Source: Hyphomonadaceae bacterium (lineage in GTDB: Bacteria; Pseudomonadota; Alphaproteobacteria; Caulobacterales; Maricaulaceae). From it: a DNA stretch of 64,000 bases. Of this stretch, positions 48,101 to 58,556 are shown piece after piece. The position numbers were made by a program, and so were the translations under genes. Position 1 is the first letter of the stretch. Each line of letters begins with the position of its first letter. The notes under the pieces were generated by a model, which ran no database searches, was not told the DNA's origin, and was given only the letters and a program-made list of their open reading frames with translations. The DNA lies in assembly GCA_013001295.1 (NCBI GenBank), contig JABDMW010000017.1, positions 16,788 to 80,787 of the forward strand, in the 5' to 3' direction.

Positions 48101-49492
48101 ATGACTCAATCAAATACATCGTCCAAACCCGTCCATGTTATCGGCGCTGGCCTGGCTGGCAGTGAAGCCAGTTGGCAAATCGCCCAGATGGGCGTGCCCG
48201 TTGTGCTCCATGAAATGCGGCCCGAGGTGAAAACCGACGCCCATCAAACGGGCGGGTTTGCCGAACTTGTCTGTTCCAATTCTTTTCGCAGCGACGATGC
48301 CAGCGGCAATGCTGTCGGACTGTTACATGAAGAAATGCGCCGTGCTGGCTCTTTGATCATGCGCGAAGGCGACACCCACAAGCTTCCTGCAGGCGGCGCT
48401 TTGGCGGTCGATCGCGACCTGTTTTCTGGCGGCGTTGAAAAAGCGCTCAAGGATCATCCGCTTATCAGTGTTGAATATGGTGAAGTTGCAGGTCTGCCGC
48501 CCGCGGAATGGGACAATGTCATCATCGCGACAGGCCCCTTAACCTCACCGGCATTGGCGTCCGCAATACTCGAATTAACCGGCGAAGACAGCTTGGCGTT
48601 CTTCGACGCGATCGCGCCTATCATTTACAAAGACAGTATCGACTTTAACATCGCCTGGATGCAGTCACGCTATGACAAAAAAGGGCCGGGCGGTGACGGC
48701 GCTGACTATATCAATTGCCCGTTCAACAAGGAACAATACGAAACATTTGTCCAAGCACTCGTCGATTCAGATCAGACCGAGTTTAAAGAATGGGAAAAGG
48801 ACACGCCTTATTTTGAGAGCTGCTTGCCGATCGAAGTGATCGCGTCGCGTGGACCGGAAACCCTGCGTTGGGGTCCGATGAAACCGGTTGGCCTGACAAA
48901 CCCGCATGATCCAACCGTAAAATCGCATGCGATTGCCCAATTGCGTCAGGACAATGCGCTGGGCACGCTCTACAACATGGTCGGCTTCCAGACCAAAATG
49001 AAATACGGCGCGCAAGCCGAGATTCTCAAAACCATTCCCGGATTGGAAAATGCCGTATTCGCGCGGCTTGGCGGCATCCACCGCAACACATTCATTAACT
49101 CACCAAAGCTTTTAAACAAGCAATTACAACTCAACGCGCGCTCTTCGCTTCGGTTTGCCGGTCAGATTATGGGCGTTGAAGGCTATGTGGAAAGTGCGGC
49201 ACTGGGTTTGATCACCGGGCGTATGGCAGCGGCCCAAGCCTTGGGAAATCAATATGACGTGCCGCCGGTAACAACGGCTCTCGGCGCATTGGTTGAACAT
49301 GTCACCGGCGGGTTCATGTCCGGGCCAAAAGCCAAGTTCCAACCAATGAATGTCAATTTCGGGCTGTTCCCGCCCATTGAGTTGGAATGTAAAACCGAGG
49401 ACGGCAAACGCATCCGCGGAAAAGACAAAACCCGGTTCAGAAAAGCAGCCCTCTCCAAGCGTGCCTTATCTGATATTATGGATTGGGTGTAG
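48101..49492 (+). CDS. trmFO: Methylenetetrahydrofolate--tRNA-(uracil54-C5)-methyltransferase (FADH2-oxidizing)
   Basis: FAD fold [18 protein letters not shown], and GQI.G.EGY.ES. Confidence 0.92.
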   Translation: MTQSNTSSKPVHVIGAGLAGSEASWQIAQMGVPVVLHEMRPEVKTDAHQTGGFAELVCSNSFRSDDASGNAVGLLHEEMRRAGSLIMREGDTHKLPAGGALAVDRDLFSGGVEKALKDHPLISVEYGEVAGLPPAEWDNVIIATGPLTSPALASAILELTGEDSLAFFDAIAPIIYKDSIDFNIAWMQSRYDKKGPGGDGADYINCPFNKEQYETFVQALVDSDQTEFKEWEKDTPYFESCLPIEVIASRGPETLRWGPMKPVGLTNPHDPTVKSHAIAQLRQDNALGTLYNMVGFQTKMKYGAQAEILKTIPGLENAVFARLGGIHRNTFINSPKLLNKQLQLNARSSLRFAGQIMGVEGYVESAALGLITGRMAAAQALGNQYDVPPVTTALGALVEHVTGGFMSGPKAKFQPMNVNFGLFPPIELECKTEDGKRIRGKDKTRFRKAALSKRALSDIMDWV

Positions 49493-51308
49493 CCTCTTTC
49501 GACCATACGTCCTTGCCAAGCAATATGCCATTCAAACTGGCATTCCTATTATTGCTGTCCTCTTTACTTTTGTTGATTGACGCATTGGTGATTTGCATCG
49601 CGATTTGGATGCCTTCATCCGCGTATATGATCAGTCGCGGGTCTAAATCAAGCTTGTTTTCGTCCAATGTGGGCCGCGAATTCAGCCACTCGAATGCTTC
49701 AAAGGTCTCCACGACATTGCCATCTAACTGGACGCGGATATCTCCTCCTTGAGTGATCAATTCATAGCTACCAAACGAAATTGTGTTTTCGCGGTCGAGA
49801 TCCGGTTGAAGATTAAAATATTGTCCCGTCGACATCAATTCGTATCCAGAGATATCAAACGATTGCCGGTTATTGTAATAGTTATAATGATCATATGACC
49901 CGCTATACCGCGTCGGCAATTTTACCCCATAAAGATTGAAGCGCTTTTGTAGTTTTTCATCGTCCCACCATTTCCGTCTGACAAAGTTTTTATCAAATTC
50001 AAAACTATCATCTTCAGAAAAATATTTTTTGATCCGGTTCGGTTTGCGTTGTCGGACCAAATAATTGAGGGCGCCTTTGGCCTTTTGAGCAGCTTCGTCA
50101 TCGATTATTTCCAATAGCTCTACGGGTTTTAAATGCCCATTTTCATCCAGCATATTATTGGCTTGCAAAGCACTGGTCAGTCGCGTTTGTTGATTGATCG
50201 ACGAAAATTGATCAGCGCCCCATGGACCGATCGATGCAATTGCCAGCAACAACGCAGCAAACCCCGGGATAATCCGGATGTCCCGTTTCGCTTTCGGCCT
50301 AAACGTAAACCAAAGCGCGATTCCCAAGGCCCATACAGCAGCAAGGACGAGCAGATAGCGTTCGACTGTAAATCCATACTGGCTAATGCGTTCAAACACG
50401 GCGACGGCAAGCAGGATTGCCGCGGGGATGATCAGTGGAAACCAAACTCTGTGATACCATCGCGCCAACCGCTTTTCTTGAATGAACGGTGGGTCAAGGA
50501 TCAACCAGGTCAATGTCCCAATGATCAAAAACGGGGTCACCAATTGCGCAACTTCACCGTTGGGAAGGGCACCTGCAAGAGCAATTTTCACGCCATAGGC
50601 GATGAGAATGACGGCATAAATTAACGTCAGAGGCGCAAGAATCCATGTGCCCAAAAACCCAACCGCCTTTGAAATAAATCCTGGATTACGCAAGCTATCC
50701 CCATCGTCTTCGTCATGGGCCGGCAACATGGACAGCCAGCAAACGGGCGCGAGGAACCCAAGCCCGATCGGAAGAAGAAAATCAGTCAACAAATCGTCGA
50801 TGCGGATTCCAAATAACGATTTCAACGCAGCGGCGATCGCCCACAACCCCAACAAATAGATAACGGATCCGGCAACGGTAAACAGAACGGCCGTCCAGAG
50901 CTTATGAGTAAAATCCCAAACACCGACATCGTTTCTTGTTTGGCGCCAAAACGGTGACGACCCGAGAAATAATATGGCAGCACCAATGGCCAGTTGTGGC
51001 AAAAACTCGATTTCACGGAAGTAATAGCCTGCGAGAAGAGCAAGCGCACACACGATTGCCTTGAGAATATTTGAAACCGGACGACCCCGACCCTCTCCAA
51101 CCAGTGTCAATATGACCGCCAGATACGCGGCAAGTATTGTGCCGCCGATAACCCCTTCCAATATGTCCTTACTGACGATTTTCCACCACGACATGTCTAA
51201 AATCGAAAAAGTGAACAGTGCGACCATCAGGATTGCCAGCGGGAAGCGCCTGAAAACAGCCTGTGTGTCCGGCCAGATATTCTCGATGACTTGGTTCAGC
51301 TTACCCAT
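49476..51308 (-). CDS. DUF4153-like polytopic membrane protein (hypothetical)
   Basis: About 10 N-terminal TM helices plus a ~230-aa soluble C-terminal domain. ATG 51308 is preceded by AAGGGGAG. It is convergent with trmFO, overlapping it by 17 nt. The family name is recalled, not verified. Confidence 0.55.
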   Translation of the reverse strand: MGKLNQVIENIWPDTQAVFRRFPLAILMVALFTFSILDMSWWKIVSKDILEGVIGGTILAAYLAVILTLVGEGRGRPVSNILKAIVCALALLAGYYFREIEFLPQLAIGAAILFLGSSPFWRQTRNDVGVWDFTHKLWTAVLFTVAGSVIYLLGLWAIAAALKSLFGIRIDDLLTDFLLPIGLGFLAPVCWLSMLPAHDEDDGDSLRNPGFISKAVGFLGTWILAPLTLIYAVILIAYGVKIALAGALPNGEVAQLVTPFLIIGTLTWLILDPPFIQEKRLARWYHRVWFPLIIPAAILLAVAVFERISQYGFTVERYLLVLAAVWALGIALWFTFRPKAKRDIRIIPGFAALLLAIASIGPWGADQFSSINQQTRLTSALQANNMLDENGHLKPVELLEIIDDEAAQKAKGALNYLVRQRKPNRIKKYFSEDDSFEFDKNFVRRKWWDDEKLQKRFNLYGVKLPTRYSGSYDHYNYYNNRQSFDISGYELMSTGQYFNLQPDLDRENTISFGSYELITQGGDIRVQLDGNVVETFEAFEWLNSRPTLDENKLDLDPRLIIYADEGIQIAMQITNASINKSKEDSNNRNASLNGILLGKDVWSKEATPNP

Positions 51309-51451
51309 TTGTGCTCCCCTTTTGATTCTCAACTATACCTGAAACACAAACAAGACGCTATTAAGGCTCAAATTAGGGCGGAATGTGTTGGCAAGACAGG
51401 CGGCATTGTCTTATAAGGACACAACTTAAATTGACTTATCAGGAGACCAAT

Positions 51452-52045
51452 ATGTCCATTGAATTACCGGACCTGCCATTTGCGCAAGATGCGCTGGAAC
51501 CCCATATCAGCGCCAACACTCTGAGCTTTCACCACGGCAAACATCACAATGCGTATGTGACAAACTTAAATAAAATGATCGCCGGCACGGACCTCGAGGG
51601 TAAATCCCTAGAAGAAATCATCCTGACCGTGAATGGCGACGCTTCTAAAATGGGCGTGTTCAACAATGCAGCTCAAGTCTGGAACCATACATTTTACTGG
51701 AATTCCATGTCTCCAAACGGTGGCGGCAAACCATCCGGCAAGATTGGTGAAGCGATAGACCGCGATTTCGGATCTTATGAAGAATTCGCTAAAGCCTTCA
51801 CAGGTGCCGGTGGTACGCAGTTCGGCTCAGGCTGGGCATGGCTTGTTTCTAACAATGGAAAACTGGAAGTGCGTAAAACGCCAAATGCTGAAACACCGTT
51901 GACCGAAAAAGGGATCACGCCTTTGATGACGATGGATGTTTGGGAACATGCCTATTACCTGGATTTCCAGAACAGCCGTCCCGGCTACATGAATGCATTC
52001 CTTGAGCATCTTGTGAATTGGGATTTCGCTGAATCCAATATGTAG
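51452..52045 (+). CDS. sodB: Fe/Mn-family superoxide dismutase (likely Fe type)
   Basis: LPDLPFAQDALEPHIS, HHGKHH, and DVWEHAYYLD. ATG 51452 follows AGGAGA. Confidence 0.92.
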   Translation: MSIELPDLPFAQDALEPHISANTLSFHHGKHHNAYVTNLNKMIAGTDLEGKSLEEIILTVNGDASKMGVFNNAAQVWNHTFYWNSMSPNGGGKPSGKIGEAIDRDFGSYEEFAKAFTGAGGTQFGSGWAWLVSNNGKLEVRKTPNAETPLTEKGITPLMTMDVWEHAYYLDFQNSRPGYMNAFLEHLVNWDFAESNM

Positions 52046-52060
52046 GCCAAGCCAAGTTCA

Positions 52061-52092
52061 AAAAGAAACCCGCCAAATCGGCGGGTTTTTTT
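52061..52092. terminator. Bidirectional rho-independent terminator between convergent sodB and secF
   Basis: 9-bp stem aaacccgcc (52066-52074) / ggcgggttt (52080-52088), flanked by an A-run upstream and a T-run downstream. Confidence 0.8.
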
Positions 52093-52097
52093 ATGTC

Positions 52098-53090
52098 TTA
52101 TTTTTGAGTTCCGCTTCGATTGACGTTGAGGAGCATCAACAAGGGTGACGCCACAAAGATCGAAGAATAGGTACCGACCAGGACGCCCCAAATCATGGCG
52201 AATGCAAACCCGTTCAGCCCCGGGCCACCCCAGAGATAAAGCGAGATCAAAGCCAAGAGTGTGGTCATGGATGTCATGATCGTCCGGGATAATGTGTCAT
52301 TGATCGACAGGTTCAAAACGTCAGGCAACGGCATTTTTTTGTATTTACGCAGGTTTTCACGAATACGGTCATACACAATCACGGTATCGTTCAGTGAATA
52401 GCCGACGATCGTCAAAATCGCAGCGACGATCGAGAGGTTAAATTCCAATTGTGTTAGCGAGAACACGCCAATCGTCAGCGTCACATCATGGGCCAGTGCG
52501 ACCACGGCGCCGAGGCCGAACTGCCATTCAAACCGCACCCAAATATAGCAAAGCACCATAAACAGGGCCAATCCGACCGCCAAAGCCCCTTTGACTTTAA
52601 GTTCACCAGATACTTTCGTGCCGAGCACACTGGTACTCAGTTCCGTCACGCCCGACCCGGGTACAGGGTTTCCGTTTTCAACACGTTCCGGATATTCCGC
52701 GTTGATCGCTTCGCGGACTTTTGTCAAAGCCGCTTGTTGCGCTGAATCATCACTATCCGCGCCTTCCAGAGATACCTGTTTTGGAATGGTCAAACGAATG
52801 CCTTCGACTTCACCGGTCGTAATTGTCTGCAACCCAACACCACCCAAATCGAGATTATTTGCTACGGTCCGGATATTTTCGAGATCGTTTTCAGTCGGAT
52901 TTTCTTCCAAATGAAACTGCCAGACGGTCCCGCCGGTAAAATCAATACCGTAGTTGAGGTTTTTCGTCGTAAATAGGAATATTGACGCAATGATCCCCAA
53001 AATCGAAAGGACGGCCGCAATTTTCCGCGCCGAGATAAACGGTATTTTCGAATCCTTAGGGATGAACTTTATGAGTGAAATATCTTTCAT
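52098..53090 (-). CDS. secF: Protein translocase subunit SecF
   Basis: GIDFTGGT, six TM helices, conserved secD-secF order. Confidence 0.92.
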   Translation of the reverse strand: MKDISLIKFIPKDSKIPFISARKIAAVLSILGIIASIFLFTTKNLNYGIDFTGGTVWQFHLEENPTENDLENIRTVANNLDLGGVGLQTITTGEVEGIRLTIPKQVSLEGADSDDSAQQAALTKVREAINAEYPERVENGNPVPGSGVTELSTSVLGTKVSGELKVKGALAVGLALFMVLCYIWVRFEWQFGLGAVVALAHDVTLTIGVFSLTQLEFNLSIVAAILTIVGYSLNDTVIVYDRIRENLRKYKKMPLPDVLNLSINDTLSRTIMTSMTTLLALISLYLWGGPGLNGFAFAMIWGVLVGTYSSIFVASPLLMLLNVNRSGTQK

Positions 53091-53099
53091 GACGCGCCT

Positions 53100-54719
53100 C
53101 TAAATCGGAAGTTTCTTGGGGCGCGCGCGCCGTAACCAGACGGATGTAATCAAGCGGGCGAAGACAACAGCTGTAAATACCGACATGACAATCCCGATCG
53201 CCAAGGTAACCGCAAAGCCCCGGATCGGACCGGAACCAACGAAGTAAAGTGTCAGCGCGGCAATAAGCGTCGTAATATTCGCGTCAAGGATCGGCGCGAG
53301 TGAGAGGCGGTAACCCGTATCAATTGCATTGATTGGTCCACGGCCTTGTGCTTCTTCTTCCCGGATGCGTTCAAAGATCAACACATTGGCATCTACTGCC
53401 ATACCGATCGTCAGGATAATCCCTGCGATCCCGGGGAGCGTCAAAGTCGCCCCTAAAATAGACAGTCCAGCGGCAATCAAGATAATGTTGGTGCCCAATG
53501 CGATATTGGCGAATGTTCCGAACCGGAACCCATAAGACAACCACATAAAGAAGGCGACGCCGATTAGACCGATCATCGAAGCAATCTTACCTGCGCGGAT
53601 CGAGTCTTTCCCAAGTTCCGCACCGACAGTTTGTTCTTCTGCAATTTTTAGTTTCGCCGGTAGTGCACCTGCATTGAGCAAAAGTGACAATTCCCGGGCA
53701 CTTTCCATGGTGAAATTGCCTTCAATATATCCACTACCGCCGCAGATTGCACCGTTAATACGCGGGGCAGTGATAATCTCACCGTCCAAAAGCACCGCAA
53801 AAAGCTCACCTTCGTGTTCGGCTGTATAGTCACAAAACTTACGGGCACCGCGCGCATTATAGGTAAAGTTCACGATGGGAGAATTGTTAGTGGGATGCAA
53901 TCCTTCCGCCGCTTTCTTCAAATCGGCACCGGTGACGATTTCGCGCTCTTTCAAAATCAGATAACTGCCGCCTTCTTGATATGGATATGCTGCAGCACCC
54001 AAAGGACAACCCTGTTCTTCAACACAGGTTTGCATGACAACTGGATCTGCAGGAATATTTTCGTGAAAGCTAAGCTTGGCCGTTCTGCGGATCCGGTCTT
54101 TAATTTCTTCGGTCTTGTCACTGTCCACACCAGGTACTTGCAAGAGAATCCGGTCTGATCCCTCTTTGGCCAATGTCATTTCCAACGTACCGGTCGGGTC
54201 TATACGACCGCGCAACACTTGAATGGACTGATCGATTGTCCGCGTGGCGAGGTATTCAATATATTGATCAGAAATCGCGACGCGGTACCGGCGATCCCCC
54301 ATGCTTCTGATGCTCAGTGTTTTGCCGCCACCGCCAATTGCCGCCTGATCAACGGCGATTGATTGATCCCGTAAAACCTGTTCCCCACCTTCTTCATCCG
54401 CATCAGAGCGGAACGTCACCAGGATTTCATCGTCTTCGATTCGCGCATTGGCGCCAATCCCTTCGGCCCGTAAAGCCTGTCTGATACCGGCGAGTTCATT
54501 CTTCAATGTCTGTTGCAATCCATCTTTAAGATCGACTTCGAGCAACATGTGGGCGCCGCCCTGCAAGTCGAGACCAAGATTAAGTGTCTGGTTTGGAAGC
54601 TTTAGACTTTTGAGGGTCTCACGCCCTTTCTCACCGACCGCATTCGGGAGTGAAAACAAAACTCCCATAAAAACGGCGAACAGAATGAAGAATACTTTGG
54701 TGCGCGAAAAGTGCAGCAT
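53100..54719 (-). CDS. secD: Protein translocase subunit SecD
   Basis: LGLDLQGG, a large periplasmic P1 domain, and the C-terminal TM bundle GIAGIILTIGMAVDANVLIFERI. Confidence 0.92.
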   Translation of the reverse strand: MLHFSRTKVFFILFAVFMGVLFSLPNAVGEKGRETLKSLKLPNQTLNLGLDLQGGAHMLLEVDLKDGLQQTLKNELAGIRQALRAEGIGANARIEDDEILVTFRSDADEEGGEQVLRDQSIAVDQAAIGGGGKTLSIRSMGDRRYRVAISDQYIEYLATRTIDQSIQVLRGRIDPTGTLEMTLAKEGSDRILLQVPGVDSDKTEEIKDRIRRTAKLSFHENIPADPVVMQTCVEEQGCPLGAAAYPYQEGGSYLILKEREIVTGADLKKAAEGLHPTNNSPIVNFTYNARGARKFCDYTAEHEGELFAVLLDGEIITAPRINGAICGGSGYIEGNFTMESARELSLLLNAGALPAKLKIAEEQTVGAELGKDSIRAGKIASMIGLIGVAFFMWLSYGFRFGTFANIALGTNIILIAAGLSILGATLTLPGIAGIILTIGMAVDANVLIFERIREEEAQGRGPINAIDTGYRLSLAPILDANITTLIAALTLYFVGSGPIRGFAVTLAIGIVMSVFTAVVFARLITSVWLRRARPKKLPI

Positions 54720-54753
54720 GGGTGACCTTTATATGTCCGAGATGTGTCCCGGT

Positions 54754-55092
54754 TTACTTCTTTTTACCGCTGTCATTGGCAGCAACCGTCTTGTTGCGCA
54801 CATCTGCAATCATTGTTGAAACAACCTTCACCTTGAGATTGTTGCCAAGATCGACCGTCAATTCACCCTCGCTGACTTTTGTGACTTTGCCAATCAACCC
54901 GCCGCTTGTCACGACAGTATCGCCGCGTGTCACCGCGGCCAGCATATCACGATGTTGTTTCATGCGTTTGTTCTGTGGACGAATGAGGAGGAAGTAGAAG
55001 ACCAAACCGATCAGGATGAAAGGAAAGATCGCGCCAAACAAACTAGGCTGTTGCCCGGCGGCGCCCTGCGCTTGCATAATAATATTTAACAT
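54754..55092 (-). CDS. yajC: Preprotein translocase subunit YajC
   Basis: A single TM helix followed by FYFLLIRPQNKRMK and GD.V.T.GG..G.V. ATG at 55092; the track start at 55104 is TTG. Confidence 0.88.
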   Translation of the reverse strand: MLNIIMQAQGAAGQQPSLFGAIFPFILIGLVFYFLLIRPQNKRMKQHRDMLAAVTRGDTVVTSGGLIGKVTKVSEGELTVDLGNNLKVKVVSTMIADVRNKTVAANDSGKKK

Positions 55093-55102
55093 TATTGATC
55101 CC

Positions 55103-55150
55103 AAAAAAATCGCCCCTAACAGGCCGTTGTTTCCGGACTATATAGGGGCG
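55103..55150 (-). terminator. Putative terminator downstream of the LysM protein gene
   Basis: 8-bp stem cgccccta (55111-55118) / taggggcg (55143-55150), followed on the minus strand by 7 T. The loop is unusually long at 24 nt. Confidence 0.45.
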
Positions 55151-55191
55151 TGGCTTTTATTTGCAATGCGCTTTCGCGACTTTAGCAGTGA

Positions 55192-55986
55192 TTATTTTAC
55201 ACAAGCGTTGGCAGGCAGTTGTAAAACCTGACCGGGCTTAATGATCGTCGATGTGGCCAACCCGTTCGCGGATGCGATTTCCGAAGCTGAAACACAATAT
55301 CTACGACCGATACTGTAAAACGAATCTTTCGGTAAAACCGCATAGCTGTTGGCTACGATACCGGCATTGATCGTACGGTTCGTCGGTGCGGGAATAACTG
55401 TTCGCACGGTTCCGACTGAGGATACTGTTTCTGACATACCGCATTGGCTTGCAGGGATCGTCAAGACCTGGCCAAGACGGATATTATTGTCTGCTAATCC
55501 ATTTTGATTCTGGATGTCGGCAACCGCAATGCAATTGCGCTTGGAAAGATTGTAGAGCGTATCGCCCTCCGCAACCGTATAAATTGATGTCGCGCCAGCG
55601 ACGGGCTGACGTTCAATAATCGTTGTCGTTGGTGTTGTAGTAGCAGCGACAGTCGACGAAGGTGCCGTTGTCGGCTCGAACAATTCAATCTTGGCGCCTG
55701 AATACGTATTTGTTGCCGGAGCCACATAAGGTGCAGCAACCGTTTTAGTTGTCCCGATTGTCTGTGCACCGGAAATTCCGACCTGCGCATCAATCTTCGC
55801 ATTATACGCACGAATACGACGAATTTCTTCTTGCAGTGCCAAATCTTCTTTTGAATTAGCAACAATCGTTTGTGATTGCGCCGGTACAGCTTCTCTCACT
55901 GTTGTTGTCGTGTGTGTTTGCGCGAATACCGGTGCAGTCGCAGTTACCGCAAACAATCCTGTTGTGAGCAATGCTTTAATGACCAT
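55192..55986 (-). CDS. LysM peptidoglycan-binding domain protein (two LysM domains, Thr/Ala-rich linkers, no peptidase domain)
   Basis: Signal peptide ...APVFA|QT. LysM 1 is YTVAEGDTLYNLSKRN...LGQVLTIP; LysM 2 is YAVLPKDSFYSIGRRY...PGQVLQLP. Confidence 0.8.
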   Translation of the reverse strand: MVIKALLTTGLFAVTATAPVFAQTHTTTTVREAVPAQSQTIVANSKEDLALQEEIRRIRAYNAKIDAQVGISGAQTIGTTKTVAAPYVAPATNTYSGAKIELFEPTTAPSSTVAATTTPTTTIIERQPVAGATSIYTVAEGDTLYNLSKRNCIAVADIQNQNGLADNNIRLGQVLTIPASQCGMSETVSSVGTVRTVIPAPTNRTINAGIVANSYAVLPKDSFYSIGRRYCVSASEIASANGLATSTIIKPGQVLQLPANACVK

Positions 55987-56091
55987 GATGACCTCCCAGA
56001 TACATATATGGTGTGATTCCAGCCATCAATGTCGGCCTACATGGTTAATGTGGAGTTAAAGCCTCATGGGTTTCTGCGTTCATTCAGATAG

Positions 56092-57090
56092 TTAGGGTAC
56101 ACGCTTCAGCGGCGAATATCCCAGCCCATCTGATCCCTCACCGGCTGCGAAAGACCGAATGATCGACCAATTGCTGGTGTCGACTTCGACGACTTTTGCC
56201 GAACCTGTACATGCGACCCACAAATTCGTCCCGTCAGGTGCAAACAGCAGAGTGACGGGGACCTTTGCATCTGCATCGGAAAGGTCAATGCTGGTGATTG
56301 GCGTATAGGTCTTGGCATCATATATCCGAACCCGTGATAAATCCGGCTCGCTCACAGCGATACTTTGGCCGTCTGGACTGATTTCGACACGTATGGGAAT
56401 GCCTTCAGTTTTGATCTCATGTTGTTTTTTCAGGCTTTCAGTATCGAAAATCATTATCGACTTTGAATTGTTGTTCCCGACCCAAATTTGCCGACCATCG
56501 GGAGACACAGCAATGGCTTCTGTGCCCTCTCCGGCTTTCACGTCTTTTACTTTATCGAATGTTTTCATGTCGATAACGGTAAAACTTCCGGAATTAATAT
56601 TGGCGACATAAGCCGTTTGGTGATCGGGTGCTAATGCCACCATATGGCTACCCTGCTGTTCCGTCTTAGCTGATCCTACAAGTTTCATTTCTGCAACATC
56701 TGCCAAAAACGCAGATTGCGAGGATTCTGTTGTCCCCATGACTCTATTGGTGCCGGGCACCCATTTCAGACCATGCGGTGCTTTATTATCACCGAGATCT
56801 ACAACACCGGTTTTCTCCCCGGAAGCAATATCAAAAAGGTGCAATTTGTTGCCCGTGAATAAAGGCCCGCGATAAGATACCACCACTGCTGTTTTGCCGT
56901 CTGGTGATACTGCGATTTCATGGGGTGATTTCCCGGTTTTCGCGCGCGCATACTCTGTGCCGCTTTTCAAATCGATGAATGAGACCGTATGTTCGCGCTT
57001 ATTCCCAACAACGAGGGTTTGCGCCATGATGGACGGCGCATACAGAGCCAGTATTGCAAGTGAAATTATCGACGAAATGAATATGCGCAT
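56092..57090 (-). CDS. YVTN/YncE-like seven-bladed beta-propeller protein, secreted
   Basis: Signal peptide ...SIMA|QT and repeated blades (SPDG...YV.N..S.S..VID). Confidence 0.7.
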   Translation of the reverse strand: MRIFISSIISLAILALYAPSIMAQTLVVGNKREHTVSFIDLKSGTEYARAKTGKSPHEIAVSPDGKTAVVVSYRGPLFTGNKLHLFDIASGEKTGVVDLGDNKAPHGLKWVPGTNRVMGTTESSQSAFLADVAEMKLVGSAKTEQQGSHMVALAPDHQTAYVANINSGSFTVIDMKTFDKVKDVKAGEGTEAIAVSPDGRQIWVGNNNSKSIMIFDTESLKKQHEIKTEGIPIRVEISPDGQSIAVSEPDLSRVRIYDAKTYTPITSIDLSDADAKVPVTLLFAPDGTNLWVACTGSAKVVEVDTSNWSIIRSFAAGEGSDGLGYSPLKRVP

Positions 57091-57161
57091 TGCCTATCTC
57101 TCCCGGATTCAGCCCTACTTTAACCGATTTTCAGATCAATCGGTGTTAAATGTCGGCAAGC

Positions 57162-57788
57162 CTAGAGCGCTTGGGCCTTGCCGGGTTCAATCGGTGAAAG
57201 TTGCATCCGTAACACTTTGGTTTCTTTAGGTTTATTACCCGACTTTTCTATAATCGTGAGCATATCATCAATAACCGCCACCAACCGACCGTCATGTTTG
57301 AGCTGATCGATCAAGGCCTTGGGCGGGCTCTTGATCCCTGCTGTGATCAAAATGCGGTCGAATGGGGTCTGACCGCGCCAGCCATACCGCCCATCGCCGA
57401 ATTTGGGAACGACATTGGGCGCGTGCTTATTTAAGGCTTCCTCCGCCGATTGCACCAGAGTCTGATAGCGCTCGATGGAATATACCCGCGTGCACAATTG
57501 AGAGAGGATTGCGGCGGTGTAGCCGCTGCCCGTGCCGATTTGCAAAACTTTATGATCGGGTTTCACATCCAGTGTTTGGCACATAATTGCCACAGATAAG
57601 GGTGCCGGCAGACTTTGACCACAGGCGATTGGTAAATCTTTCTCATCATAAGCTTCGCTATAGTGGGATTGCAGCACAAACGCCGAGCGCGGCACCTTTT
57701 CCATGGCCCGAAGTATATTTGTGTCTGAGATCCCGCGCCCCCGCAGCCGCATGATCATATCGTAGAGCCCCGGCTCGATAAATGCCAT
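57162..57788 (-). CDS. pcm: Protein-L-isoaspartate O-methyltransferase
   Basis: VPRSAFV, LQIGTGSGYTAA, VYSIER, and DRI. Confidence 0.9.
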   Translation of the reverse strand: MAFIEPGLYDMIMRLRGRGISDTNILRAMEKVPRSAFVLQSHYSEAYDEKDLPIACGQSLPAPLSVAIMCQTLDVKPDHKVLQIGTGSGYTAAILSQLCTRVYSIERYQTLVQSAEEALNKHAPNVVPKFGDGRYGWRGQTPFDRILITAGIKSPPKALIDQLKHDGRLVAVIDDMLTIIEKSGNKPKETKVLRMQLSPIEPGKAQAL

Positions 57789-57791
57789 AAA

Positions 57792-58556
57792 TCAGCCTTC
57801 GAATAGCGCCGCCAATGTTGTCGCCGTTTTGTAGTGGGTATGATCGATATGTATGGGCGTTACGGAAATATATCCGTCATAAACGGCCCGTAAATCAGTC
57901 CCAATTGCCGGGTTCGACTTGATCGCACCATAGGTCAGCCAATAATAGTGCCCACCTCTTGGATGTTTGCGTTTATCAAGACCGTTCATTTCAAAATCGC
58001 GTTTGCCCTGTGTGGTTGCGTGAACACCTTTAACTTCATCTGGCGCGGCGTCCGGGAAATTGATGTTAAGAACCACATTTTCGGGCCAACCGTGTTCGAC
58101 TAAATCTTTAATCAGGTCTGGTGCATGTTCGAGCGCAGTCTCCCAAGGTAGGCTGCGCGCGCCTTGGAATCCACGCGCTAAGGAAAGCGCGATGGCCGGC
58201 ACACCCATTTGCATGCCTTGAACCGCGCCCGCGACGGTTCCAGAATATCCAATATCTTCGGCCAGATTTTGACCTGCATTGACGCCCGACAAGATCAAAT
58301 CCGGCGGATTGTCACGCAAAATTTCCCGCATTGCGACGATGACACTATCTGTCGGCGTGCCATCGACGGAATAGGTTTTCTCTTCCAGTTTCCTGGCTAC
58401 AAGTGGGTTGTGCAATGACACGCCACGAGATGCCGCGGATTGTTCTTCGGCTGGCGCAACAATCCAGACATCGTCTGATAGTTTTTCAGCGATTTGCTTA
58501 AGGGTGGCAAGCCCCGGAGCCCGGACACCGTCATCATTTGTCAGCAATATACGCAT
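57792..58556 (-). CDS. surE: 5'/3'-nucleotidase SurE
   Basis: [10 protein letters not shown] start, GVNAG.N.., YSGTVAGA. The start overlaps the serS stop (TGATG). Confidence 0.92.
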   Translation of the reverse strand: MRILLTNDDGVRAPGLATLKQIAEKLSDDVWIVAPAEEQSAASRGVSLHNPLVARKLEEKTYSVDGTPTDSVIVAMREILRDNPPDLILSGVNAGQNLAEDIGYSGTVAGAVQGMQMGVPAIALSLARGFQGARSLPWETALEHAPDLIKDLVEHGWPENVVLNINFPDAAPDEVKGVHATTQGKRDFEMNGLDKRKHPRGGHYYWLTYGAIKSNPAIGTDLRAVYDGYISVTPIHIDHTHYKTATTLAALFEG

